Shown one piece after another: positions 54,765 to 63,709 of a DNA stretch of 64,000 nt. The stretch lies in assembly GCA_002404155.1 (NCBI GenBank), contig DHJC01000073.1:38937-102936 (forward strand). The letters run 5' to 3'. The notes beneath the pieces were generated by a model. That model searched no databases, had not been told where the DNA came from, and saw only the letters and a program-made list of their open reading frames with translations. This DNA is from Chloroflexi bacterium UBA4730 (GTDB lineage: Bacteria > Chloroflexota > Limnocylindria > P2-11E). The translations under genes and the position numbers were made by a program. Position 1 is the first letter of the stretch, and every line of letters starts with the position of its first letter.

Positions 54765-55535
54765 GTGCAGGTCATCAAAGAGGTGATGGGCATGCCGATC
54801 ACGGTCGACGTCCGGGACCCAGATCCACCCGCGTCCGCCGTGGCCGAGGCCTTCGCGGACCTTGCGGCCGTCGACCGAACGTTCAGTCCGTTCGTGGCCG
54901 AGAGCGCGGTCAGTCGGATCAATGCCGGGCGGCTGCAGCCGTCCGAGGCCGAGCCGCTCGTCCAAGAGGTGCTCGCGCTCTGCCGGCGCTACGAGCGCGC
55001 GACCGACGGCTACTTCGCGGCGTGGATCGCTGGGCGTCTTGACCCATCGGGTCTGGTGAAGGGCTGGGCGATCGCCCGGGCCTGCGCGATCCTCGACCGC
55101 CACGGCTGCCAGAACTATTTCGTCGACGCCGGGGGTGACGTGCAAACCCGCGGATGGAGCGAGCCGCGGGTCCCCTGGCGGGTGGGCATCAGACATCCGG
55201 TGGAGAAAGACAAGGTCACCCGGGTGATCCGTGCGACCGGTCTCGGGGTCGCGACCTCCGGCACCTACGAGAAGGGGGCCCACATCCTCGACCCGCACAC
55301 CGGACACCCGGCGACCGAGCTCCTCTGCATGACCGTCGTCGGGCCGGACATCCTGGAGGCAGACGTGTATGCGACGGCGGCCTTCGCCATGGGTCGCCGG
55401 GGGCTCGACTTCATCGAGCGGCTCCCGGGGTTGGAGGCCTATGCGATCGGGCCCGACCTGGTCGCCTCGTGGACCGCCGGCTTCGACGCCTACTGCGAGG
55501 CCGCGGCTCCAGCTCGCGGGGTGCGGCGCACCTAG
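54765..55535 (+). CDS. apbE: FAD:protein FMN transferase
   Basis: VMGMPITV, FSPF...SAVSRIN, TDGYF, LDPSGLVKGWA, DAGGDV, VATSGTYE..HILDP, ADVYATAAFAMG. Confidence 0.92.
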   Translation: MQVIKEVMGMPITVDVRDPDPPASAVAEAFADLAAVDRTFSPFVAESAVSRINAGRLQPSEAEPLVQEVLALCRRYERATDGYFAAWIAGRLDPSGLVKGWAIARACAILDRHGCQNYFVDAGGDVQTRGWSEPRVPWRVGIRHPVEKDKVTRVIRATGLGVATSGTYEKGAHILDPHTGHPATELLCMTVVGPDILEADVYATAAFAMGRRGLDFIERLPGLEAYAIGPDLVASWTAGFDAYCEAAAPARGVRRT

Positions 55536-56167
55536 CCGCGCTCGACGAGGCCCTCGCGGACCGCGCGGGTAGCGAGCTCGACCCGGCTCTCCGCGTGAAG
55601 CTTCTCGAGGATGTTCTTCAGGTGGAATTTGGCGGTGTTCTCGGTGATCCCCAGCGTCGCCGCGATCTCCTTGTTACGAAGCCCCGTGGTGACGAGGCGA
55701 AGCACCTCGACTTCGCGGTCGGTGAGCCGATCAGGATCGGCGCGCACGCGCTCGGGGTGCTGAAATTCGTCGAGGATCCGGGCCGCGGTCGCGGGGGTGA
55801 TCGCCGCCTCGCCGCGCTCGACGGCGCCGAGCATGAGCCGGAACTGGGCGCTCTCCAGGTTCTTCTGCAGGTAGCCCTGCGCTCCGGCCTTGATCGCGTT
55901 GAACAGATCGTCTTCGTCCTCGCTCACCGTGAGCATCACGATCGCGATGTCCGGATGGCGTGCCCTGATGAGCTTGGTCGTCTCGACACCGGAGGGGCCG
56001 GGCATCCGCACGTCCATGAGGACGAGCTCCGGAAGCACCCGATCGACGAGCGCGATCGCCTCGGTCCCGTTGGCCGCTTGGCCGACGACGGTGTGGCCCC
56101 AGGCTTCGAGGAGGGCGCCGACGCCGTCGCGGAAGAGGGCGTGGTCGTCGACCAGGACGATCCGCAT
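55532..56167 (-). CDS. NarL/LuxR-family response regulator
   Basis: MRIVLVDDHALFRDG, LMDVRMP, MLTVSED, GAQGYLQK, LTDREVEVL...GLRNKEIA..L.ITENTAKFHLKNILEKL. Confidence 0.93.
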   Translation of the reverse strand: MRIVLVDDHALFRDGVGALLEAWGHTVVGQAANGTEAIALVDRVLPELVLMDVRMPGPSGVETTKLIRARHPDIAIVMLTVSEDEDDLFNAIKAGAQGYLQKNLESAQFRLMLGAVERGEAAITPATAARILDEFQHPERVRADPDRLTDREVEVLRLVTTGLRNKEIAATLGITENTAKFHLKNILEKLHAESRVELATRAVREGLVERG

Positions 56168-56168
56168 G

Positions 56169-57416
56169 TCAGCCGGCCAGGCCGACCGCGTGACCGATCG
56201 GCACGCGGAGGCGCAGGACGGTGCCCGCGCCGGGCTCGGTGGACCACGACACGGAGCCGCCGACGGAGGCCGCCCGCTCGCGGATCGCCCGCATGCCATA
56301 TCGAGGCCAGTCCTCCGGACCGGACGCACGAAGATCGAACCCCGTGCCGTCGTCCTCCACGAGGAGCACGAGCTCGCGATCGCGGGCGTCGACCTCCACA
56401 CGCGCGCGCCCGGCCGACGCGTGCTTCCGGATGTTCGTGAGGCCCTCCTGGACGATGCGGAACACCTGCGCCTGGATCTCCGGCGGGAGCTGAACGACGC
56501 GCGCCAGGGGGCTCGCGTCGACCTGGGTGACCAGCTTCGACGCTTCCGAGAACCGGACCGCGTATTCCTCGAGCGCGCCGACGAGGCCGCGCTCCGGCAC
56601 GATCGGGCTGGAGAGGCCGAGGATGGCTTCGCGCACGTCGACGTAGACGGAGCGCGCGGCCGCAGAGAGCTCGGCGAGCTGCTGCCGGGCCCGATGGGTG
56701 TTCCCCGCGGAGAGCAGCTCCTCGACCGCCTGGGCCTTCGTGTTCACGTATCCGAGGACCTGCGCGAGGCCGTCGTGCATTTCGTGCGCGATCCGGTCGC
56801 GCTCTCCCCTGATGGCGAGCTCACGTAGCTCCCGCTGCAGCCGGACGTTCTCGAGCGCGACGGCCGCTTGGGCGGCGAGCGCAGACAGCATCTCGAGGTC
56901 CTCGGGTCCGTAGCGGCGCCCGTCGGACAGCGATCCGACCGCGAGCGTGCCGATGGTCGCCGGTCCCCGCTGCAACGGCGCGACGAGGCGGGCGCTCCGC
57001 GCCCTGGGATCGCCGTCCATGATGGCGATCTGTTCCGAGCCGTCGGGCGCGACGAGCGTCGTGAAGGCCGCGTCCGTTTCGAGCAGGAGCCGCGCATCGG
57101 CGACGACCGCACGCAGGATCTCGTCGCTCCCGACGAGGGTCGTCATCTTCATGCCGAGGCGACGCAGGGCCTGGAGCGACGCGTTCCGCCGCTCGAGCGT
57201 CGCGTTGCGCTCCCGCAGGGTGTCCGAGAGACGGTCGATCCGCCGGAACGCGATCCGCCCGAGGACGAGCGACAGGAGGAGCACCGCGGTCGGAATGACG
57301 AGGACGTCGAACGGCGCCGGGAGGATCCGGTCGAGGATGCTGTCGCTCGCGAACTCGAGGAGGCCGACCAGCACCACCGGCAGGGCGATGACGGACCAGC
57401 GGATCTTCGACAGCAT
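56169..57416 (-). CDS. Sensor histidine kinase (HisKA_3, NarX/NarQ-like architecture)
   Basis: Two TM, short GAF-like segment, ERDRIAHEMHDGLAQ, EGLTNIRKHA, DDGTGF, YGMRAIRERA. Confidence 0.9.
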   Translation of the reverse strand: MLSKIRWSVIALPVVLVGLLEFASDSILDRILPAPFDVLVIPTAVLLLSLVLGRIAFRRIDRLSDTLRERNATLERRNASLQALRRLGMKMTTLVGSDEILRAVVADARLLLETDAAFTTLVAPDGSEQIAIMDGDPRARSARLVAPLQRGPATIGTLAVGSLSDGRRYGPEDLEMLSALAAQAAVALENVRLQRELRELAIRGERDRIAHEMHDGLAQVLGYVNTKAQAVEELLSAGNTHRARQQLAELSAAARSVYVDVREAILGLSSPIVPERGLVGALEEYAVRFSEASKLVTQVDASPLARVVQLPPEIQAQVFRIVQEGLTNIRKHASAGRARVEVDARDRELVLLVEDDGTGFDLRASGPEDWPRYGMRAIRERAASVGGSVSWSTEPGAGTVLRLRVPIGHAVGLAG

Positions 57417-57450
57417 CAGTTGAGGCTAGCCGTCGCCACAGGCTCGCCAG

Positions 57451-57466
57451 AGGGCCGTCCGGCGGC
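57451..57466. promoter_or_regulatory. DosR/OsdR-like box (AGGGCCGTCCGGCGGC) in the divergent HK / flavoprotein-operon promoter
   Basis: One strong half-site; related GCCGAACGGC words at ~57476 and ~57498. Confidence 0.4.
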
Positions 57467-57580
57467 TTCATTGGTGCCGAACGGCCTTCCTGCAAGTGCC
57501 GAACGGCACCAATCGGCCCATTCGATGGAGCAGGTCTCGGCCCACCCGGTCGCGTGTGGTGGCCCTCCGCGGCGAGAACG

Positions 57581-59542
57581 ATGCTCGTGACCGTGGCGTA
57601 TACGTTCCAGGTCGAGCGGTCGGGCTGCCTGAACTGTGGCGTCTGCATGGACGTCTGTCCGGTGCACGCCCTGGACATGACGCGGCGCACGGGGACATCG
57701 ATCGAGTCAGGAGCGGTCCGGCACCGGGCGTCGGCGGACGCCGGGGGTCAGGACTGGATGATGGAATTCCCGATCCAGACCGGGGTCTGCGTCGGCTGCC
57801 AGCTCTGCGCGACCGAGTGCCCCACGAGCGTGATCACGATCACCGCGGCTGTGGGGCGGACCGCGCTCGCACCTCCGCAGGGCCCGATCACGGCCGCGCC
57901 CGAGACGACCGGATGGGCGCCGCTCTCCGCCTACACGCACGATGCGCTGCGCGAGCCGCGGGGCGATCCGTGGGGTGCGCTCGCCGAGTGGCGTCCGGTG
58001 AACCGCCCTGACGCCTGGCAGACGTGGCGCGGCTGGGGCGATCCGGCGACGGCGCGATTCCTCGCGCCGTGCCAGGAGGCGTGCCCGGTCGGCACCGACG
58101 CGGGCCTCTATGTCGCGCTCGTCGGCGAAGGTCGCTATGCGGAGGCGTTCGCGGTGGCCGCCGAGTACAACCCGTTCCCGTCGATCTGCGGACGCGTGTG
58201 CACGGCTCCGTGCGAGATCGCGTGCCGGCGCGGCGTGCTCGACGAGCCCATCGCCATCCGTGAGCTGAAGCGGTTCGCCGCCGATCACGGGGCGGCCGGG
58301 TATCCCCGTCCGGTCCCCGCCGAGCGGCGCCGGGTCGAGCGGGTGGCGATCGTCGGCGCCGGCCCGACCGGGCTCAGCGCCGCGTACGCGCTGATCCGCT
58401 CCGGGTACGGCGTGACCGTCTTCGACGCGATGCCCGTCGCCGGCGGGATGATGGCGATCGGGATCCCCGAGTACCGCCTGCCCAAGGACGTGCTGCGAGC
58501 GGATGTCGATCGCATCGTCGGCCTCGGCGTGGAGCTGCGACTCAACACCGCGCTCGGGCGCGACATCAGCCTCGAGCAGCTCAAGGCCGAGGGCTACGAC
58601 GCCATCCTCCTCGCGACGGGTGCCTCGAAGAGCCAGCGCCTCGGGATCGCGGGCGAGGATGCCGAAGGGGTCTGGCCCGCGACGCTGTTCCTGAAGAAGG
58701 TGAACCTGGGCGAGCCCGTGGAGCTGACCGGTGAGGCGCTGGTCGTCGGTGGGGGCTCCACCGCGCTGGATGCCGCACGCACCGCCTGGCGAGCGGGGGC
58801 CCGGACCGTTCGCATCCTCTATCGCCGCACGAAAGAGGACATGCCCGCGCAGCACGAGGAGCTTCGCGCCGCCGACCACGAAGGCGTGGTCATCGAGCCG
58901 CTCGTGGCTCCGATCGAGGTGCTTCGCAAGAACGGTTGGATGACCGGCGTGCGCTGCGTGCGCCTCGCGATCACCGGTCGCGACGCCGATGGGCGGAGCG
59001 CGGTGGCGCCGATCCCCGGCAGCGAGTTCGTGATCGAGGCGTCCGCGCTCATGGTCGCGGTCGGCGAAGCCCCCGATCCGTCGATCCTGCCGGAAGGATC
59101 GAACATCCAGGTCGCCGAATGGGGCGGTGTCGTCGTCGACGCCGAGTCGCTCGCGACGGCGCAGCGCGGGATCTTCGCCGCGGGCGACGTGGCGACCGGT
59201 CCGCGGAGCGTCATCGAGGGAGCGGCCCAAGGGCAGCGCGCCGCGTGGGCGATCGATCGGTATCTACGGCACCAGGACGACGGCACCGACGTGGCCACAT
59301 ACGTGCCGAGCTGGCGCGTCACGCCGTCAGTTCCCAGCACGAAAACCGTCGCCGTCGACCTCGCGCAACGACCGCGCGCGGAGGCCGCCCTCGCGAGCGT
59401 TCGCGGGACGCCGGCGAGCTACGCGGAGGTCTCGCTCGGTCTCACCGAAGCCACCGCTCGCGCGGAAGCGACGCGCTGCTTCCGCTGCGACGTGATCGCG
59501 CAGTGCCCGGCCGTCCAAGTCCAAGGGAGGAGATCAGCATGA
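57581..59542 (+). CDS. 2x[4Fe-4S] ferredoxin fused to a GltD/NfnB-like FAD/NAD(P)H oxidoreductase
   Basis: CLNCGVCMDVCP and CVGCQLCATECP; APCQEACP, CGRVCTAPCEIAC; GAGPTG; GIPEYRLP; GGGSTALD; LYRR; AAGD; C-terminal EATRCFRC. Confidence 0.9.
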   Translation: MLVTVAYTFQVERSGCLNCGVCMDVCPVHALDMTRRTGTSIESGAVRHRASADAGGQDWMMEFPIQTGVCVGCQLCATECPTSVITITAAVGRTALAPPQGPITAAPETTGWAPLSAYTHDALREPRGDPWGALAEWRPVNRPDAWQTWRGWGDPATARFLAPCQEACPVGTDAGLYVALVGEGRYAEAFAVAAEYNPFPSICGRVCTAPCEIACRRGVLDEPIAIRELKRFAADHGAAGYPRPVPAERRRVERVAIVGAGPTGLSAAYALIRSGYGVTVFDAMPVAGGMMAIGIPEYRLPKDVLRADVDRIVGLGVELRLNTALGRDISLEQLKAEGYDAILLATGASKSQRLGIAGEDAEGVWPATLFLKKVNLGEPVELTGEALVVGGGSTALDAARTAWRAGARTVRILYRRTKEDMPAQHEELRAADHEGVVIEPLVAPIEVLRKNGWMTGVRCVRLAITGRDADGRSAVAPIPGSEFVIEASALMVAVGEAPDPSILPEGSNIQVAEWGGVVVDAESLATAQRGIFAAGDVATGPRSVIEGAAQGQRAAWAIDRYLRHQDDGTDVATYVPSWRVTPSVPSTKTVAVDLAQRPRAEAALASVRGTPASYAEVSLGLTEATARAEATRCFRCDVIAQCPAVQVQGRRSA

Positions 59543-60171
59543 CACCCGATCAGCTCGCGGACGCGATCGTCAAAGCTTTCCTGCAAGGTGGTGAGGGGTT
59601 CCTCGAGGGGACCATGGCGGCGGCGCTGCCGATCATCTGGCTGCTCGCCCTCGCCCTGCACCTCGCCCGTCCCTACATGCTCCGCATGACCCAGAAATTC
59701 ACCCTGCGGCTCGCCGCGGACATCTGGTGGGTGCTCTACATCGCGCTCCGCGATGGCCTCCTGGCGGTCGCTTTCATCATGAGCTTCATGTTCCTCTTCC
59801 CCGACGTCCTGCTCGCCGATGCTCTGCCGATCGGCGGATCGATCGCGACGGCGCTGCTGTTCGGGGTGCTGCTCACCAAGCTCGTCGCGGACACGGACGA
59901 TGACCCGCGCGCCTTCCGCCTGGTCTCGGGTCTGCTCGCCGGCGGCGTGGCCGTCTACGTCCTCCCGACGATTATCGGCGTGCAGGTGAGCGCGCTCGAT
60001 CTCGGAGATCCCTGGAACAGCATCGGGCAGTCGCTCGTGACGTCCACGAACGGAGCCCTGGCGATCACGTTCTGGTGGATCTCGCTCCTGGCGATCGGCG
60101 TGATGGGCGTCGTGGCGGTGTGGTTCAACCTGCGTACGCCCGGAATGACCCTTGGGAGGGCCGCACGATGA
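59539..60171 (+). CDS. Hypothetical multi-pass membrane protein, paralog A
   Basis: GGGAGG RBS; MTPDQLADAIVKAF; LHLARPY; FTLRLAADIWW..Y...RD; KL..D.DD. Confidence 0.8.
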   Translation: MTPDQLADAIVKAFLQGGEGFLEGTMAAALPIIWLLALALHLARPYMLRMTQKFTLRLAADIWWVLYIALRDGLLAVAFIMSFMFLFPDVLLADALPIGGSIATALLFGVLLTKLVADTDDDPRAFRLVSGLLAGGVAVYVLPTIIGVQVSALDLGDPWNSIGQSLVTSTNGALAITFWWISLLAIGVMGVVAVWFNLRTPGMTLGRAAR

Positions 60172-60815
60172 CACCCGATCAGATCACCGAGGCGATCACC
60201 AAGGCCTTTGTCGAAGGCGGGCAGCAGTGGCTCGTCCTCACGATCGCGGCATTCATGCCCGCGCTCTGGGCGTTCACGCTGATGCTCCATCTCGCGCGCC
60301 CCTACGTGATCCGCACGCTGCGCAAGCTGTCCCTGCGCTTCGGCGCCGACGTGTGGTGGCTGACCTACGTCCTCGTGCGCGACGCCGTGACCATCCTCAC
60401 GTTCGGTCTCAGCTTCATCTTCCTGATGCCGAACCTCATCCTCACGTTCGACCTCCCGCTCACCGCGCCGCTCGCCACGCTGTTCCTCTTCTGGGCGCTC
60501 TACGTGAAACTGCTCTACGACGCCGACGACAACTTCGGGGCGTACCGGCTCGTCACCGCGCTGCTCGTGATCGGCGCGACGCTCTACTTCGTCCCGCAGA
60601 CGCTCGGGCTCGAGTCGAACTCGCAGGACTACCTGGCAGGACTCGTCTCCTTCTTCGATTCGACGAAGAACCAGGCATGGGCTGGGCCGATCCTGATCGT
60701 CGCGCTCATCGGGTCTGCAGTGACGGCCGGGGCGATCTTCTGGCGCGTCGTGCTCGCTCCTGCGGGGTCGGCGGCCGCTGCGACCGGCGGGCAGCCGCGT
60801 CCGGCGACACGTTGA
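60168..60815 (+). CDS. Hypothetical multi-pass membrane protein, paralog B
   Basis: GGGAGG RBS; MTPDQITEAITKAF; LHLARPY; LSLRFGADVWW..Y...RD; KL..D.DD; ATGA overlap with paralog A. Confidence 0.8.
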   Translation: MTPDQITEAITKAFVEGGQQWLVLTIAAFMPALWAFTLMLHLARPYVIRTLRKLSLRFGADVWWLTYVLVRDAVTILTFGLSFIFLMPNLILTFDLPLTAPLATLFLFWALYVKLLYDADDNFGAYRLVTALLVIGATLYFVPQTLGLESNSQDYLAGLVSFFDSTKNQAWAGPILIVALIGSAVTAGAIFWRVVLAPAGSAAAATGGQPRPATR

Positions 60816-60864
60816 GCCGGTCGACGCAGGCGTCGGACATCGGTCCAAGCGTGGAAGGGATGAG

Positions 60865-61752
60865 ATGAGGGGCTCGATCTCGCGGCGAGGGTTCCTTGCT
60901 CGGCTGGGCGTGGGTGCGGGCGCCGCGGTGGTGGCCACCGGATTCGTGCCGATCCATTTCGACGCAGCGGCCTCGCCGCAGGCGACCGCGGCCGCCACGA
61001 ACAAGCGCCTGCGCCGCTGGTCGATGGTCATCGACTTACGGCGGTGCGACGGCTGTCAGGCGAACGGCACGCCACCGCAGTGCACCGAGGCGTGCATCCA
61101 GGGTCACTTCGTGCCAGAGCCGATGGAGTGGATCCAGGTGTACGAGGCGCCGCTCGACGCTGGTGGCAAGGCAACGCAGTTCATCCCCGCACCGTGTCAG
61201 CAGTGCCAGAACCCGCCGTGCGTGAACGTCTGCCCGGTCGCGGCGACCTACTCGACGCCCGAAGGCGTTGTCCTGATCGACCAGCAGCGCTGCATCGGCT
61301 GCCGGCTGTGCATGGAGGCGTGCCCCTACGACCGCCGCTTCTTCAACTGGGGCAACCCGCCGCAGCCGCCGGAGGCGATGTTCATGGACTACTCGCCCGA
61401 GCACCAGACACCGGCCATCCGCGGGACGGTGATGAAGTGCGACTTCTGCCCGGATATGGCGCGCGCCGGGCGCCTGCCGTATTGCTGCCAGGGTTGCCCG
61501 AACAACGCGATCTACTACGGCGACCTCGAGGAGGACGTCGCGACCAACGGGGTCGAGGTGGTCAAGCTCTCCAAGTTCCTCGCCGACCACACCGGCTACC
61601 GGCTGAAGGAAGAGCTCGGTACCGAGCCCCGAGTCCACTACATCCCCGGGCATGGCGAGCTCATCGGCCGGGATCCGACCAAGACGGGCCGCAAGCCAAC
61701 GACCTGGCCCTGGGTAAAGCTCATCCAAGGAGCGCTGACATGGACGCGCTGA
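60865..61752 (+). CDS. Tat-exported 4x[4Fe-4S] ferredoxin subunit (NrfC/DsrO-like), second copy
   Basis: SRRGFL Tat signal; MVIDLRRCDGC...CTEAC, CQQCQNPPCVNVCP, CIGCRLCMEACPY, CDFC...CCQGCP. Confidence 0.92.
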   Translation: MRGSISRRGFLARLGVGAGAAVVATGFVPIHFDAAASPQATAAATNKRLRRWSMVIDLRRCDGCQANGTPPQCTEACIQGHFVPEPMEWIQVYEAPLDAGGKATQFIPAPCQQCQNPPCVNVCPVAATYSTPEGVVLIDQQRCIGCRLCMEACPYDRRFFNWGNPPQPPEAMFMDYSPEHQTPAIRGTVMKCDFCPDMARAGRLPYCCQGCPNNAIYYGDLEEDVATNGVEVVKLSKFLADHTGYRLKEELGTEPRVHYIPGHGELIGRDPTKTGRKPTTWPWVKLIQGALTWTR

Positions 61753-63707
61753 GCTCGCACGAGGCCCCTGGCGTCACACCCCAGTGGCGGGAGCGCCTCG
61801 AGCGGCGCGCGCTCGCACCCCTCGCCTCGACCGGGCGGCGGTACTGGCTGTGGATCGGTTTTCTCCTGCTCACCATCAGCTGGGGGCTCTACGCCTGGTC
61901 GACGCAGTTGGAGAACGGCCTGATCGTCACCGGCCTGCGCGACCGCATCTCCTGGGGCGTGTACATCGCGAGCTTCGTCTTCTTTATCGGCATCAGCCAC
62001 GCCGGGACGCTCCTCTCGGCGATCCTCCGCGCGACCAAGGCGCGCTGGCAGCTCTCGATCACCCGCATGGCCGAGCTCATCACTGTCGTGGCGCTGTGCG
62101 TGGGGGCGCTGTTCCCCTTCATCGACATGGGCCACCCCGAACGCTTCATGAATCTGGTGTTCTTCGGCCGCTGGCAGTCGCCGCTCATCTGGGACATCCT
62201 CGCGATCACGACCTATCTCACCGGGTCGTCGCTCTACCTGCTGCTGCCGCTCATCCCCGACTTCGCGCTCGCCCGCGATCGGCTCGGCGCCACCGCGTCG
62301 CGCTTTCACCGCACCCTCTTCACCTTGGCCGCGGTCGGCTACCACGGGACGCCAGCTCAGCGGAAGGCGCTTGAGCGGGCGATGACTGTGATGATGATCA
62401 TCATCATCCCGGTCGCGGTGTCCGTGCACACCGTGGTCTCCTGGATCTTCGCGATGACCCTGCGGGTCCCGATGAACACCACGGTGTTCGGGCCCTTCTT
62501 CGTCGCTGGCGCGATCTACTCGGGCATCGCCGCGATCGTGTTGCTGATGGCGGTGCTGCGCAAGGTCCTGCACCTCGAGGAGTTCATCACGATCACGCAG
62601 TTCAGGTGCCTGGGCTATCTCCTGGGAGCGTTCACGCTGATCATGGCCTACTTCAACCTGCAGGAGTACGCGGTCCATGGCTACAAGCTCGAGGCCGGCA
62701 TGCCGTTCCACTTCGCCCAGCTCATGACCGGACCCTTCTGGCCACTCTTCTGGTTCTACATCCTGGGCGGCATCGTCCTTCCCGGTCTGCTCATCCTCAA
62801 TCCGGGTACCCGCACGATCCGGGGCATCGTCGCCGCCTCCGCGCTCGCGCTTCTCGGCATGTGGGGCGAGCGGTATCTGATCGTGGTGACGGGCTTCCGA
62901 GTGCCGCTCATGCCCTACGCGCCGTCGGACTACACCCCGACCTGGGTCGAGTGGTCGATCCTCGCGGGCGCGCTCGGCCTCTTCGCGCTGATCATCTCGA
63001 TCTTTGCCAAGCTCTTCCCGGTCATCTCGGTCTGGGAGGTGACCGAGCACCGCGGCCCAGAGCCCGTTGCCGAGTACCAGGCCCCGGCCCGTCGGCGGGT
63101 CGGCGCCGCGGCGGGAGCGGGCCTCCTCACCCTGCTCATGGTCGGCGGGACCGCGGCGGGCTTCATCCTCGGCTCGCAGGCGAGCGCCGACGGACGGACA
63201 GCGACCCAGATCACCGTGGCCGTTCCCGGGCAGGTGGCACTCGGCCAGACCATCGAGGCCCAGGCGCGGCTGCTCGACGGGACCGGCACACCCATCGCGA
63301 AGGCCATCATCCAGTTCACGGTCCCGCTCGCCTTCCTCGAATCGAGCAGCGACGTGGTGCTCGCCCAGGCGACGACCGACAAGAGTGGAATCGCGGACGT
63401 GCGGTTCGATATCCGGACCTCCGGAGCGCTCGAGGTGCACGCGGTCTACGCCGGGGACGATCGCTACGCGCCCGGGACCGCTGTCGCCCCGGTGACTGTC
63501 AACGGCGATCAGCAGCTCTACGTGCAGCACGCGGGCGTACCGGTGCCTGGGCTGAATGAGGCGCCTTCCCAGGTGTCCGCCGCTGACTCGCTGTGGCCTG
63601 GCTTGAGCGGATGGCCGATCGCGCTCGTGCTCATCGTCGTCTGGTCGCTCTTCGCCTTCGTCGCGGTGCTCGTCGCCCGCATCGCGCGAGTCCAGGAGGT
63701 CCCGTAG
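61740..63707 (+). CDS. NrfD/DsrP-family membrane subunit fused to a C-terminal TM + Ig-like + TM module
   Basis: GLIVTGLRDRISWGVYI, DMGHPERF, SPLIWD, SVHTVVSWIF, YTPTWVE; after the NrfD end comes a TM, then GTPIAKAIIQF...AQATTDKSG...SGALEVHAVYAGD and WPIALVLIVVWSLFAFVA. Confidence 0.9.
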   Translation: MDALSSHEAPGVTPQWRERLERRALAPLASTGRRYWLWIGFLLLTISWGLYAWSTQLENGLIVTGLRDRISWGVYIASFVFFIGISHAGTLLSAILRATKARWQLSITRMAELITVVALCVGALFPFIDMGHPERFMNLVFFGRWQSPLIWDILAITTYLTGSSLYLLLPLIPDFALARDRLGATASRFHRTLFTLAAVGYHGTPAQRKALERAMTVMMIIIIPVAVSVHTVVSWIFAMTLRVPMNTTVFGPFFVAGAIYSGIAAIVLLMAVLRKVLHLEEFITITQFRCLGYLLGAFTLIMAYFNLQEYAVHGYKLEAGMPFHFAQLMTGPFWPLFWFYILGGIVLPGLLILNPGTRTIRGIVAASALALLGMWGERYLIVVTGFRVPLMPYAPSDYTPTWVEWSILAGALGLFALIISIFAKLFPVISVWEVTEHRGPEPVAEYQAPARRRVGAAAGAGLLTLLMVGGTAAGFILGSQASADGRTATQITVAVPGQVALGQTIEAQARLLDGTGTPIAKAIIQFTVPLAFLESSSDVVLAQATTDKSGIADVRFDIRTSGALEVHAVYAGDDRYAPGTAVAPVTVNGDQQLYVQHAGVPVPGLNEAPSQVSAADSLWPGLSGWPIALVLIVVWSLFAFVAVLVARIARVQEVP

Positions 63708-63709
63708 CG

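Noticed and set aside
1066-57466. Interpreting the recurrent GGGCC...GGCCC/GGTCCC palindromes as CRISPR repeats, REP elements or terminators
   Set aside because: They are dispersed rather than arrayed, have no U-tract, and sit upstream of starts rather than after stops.
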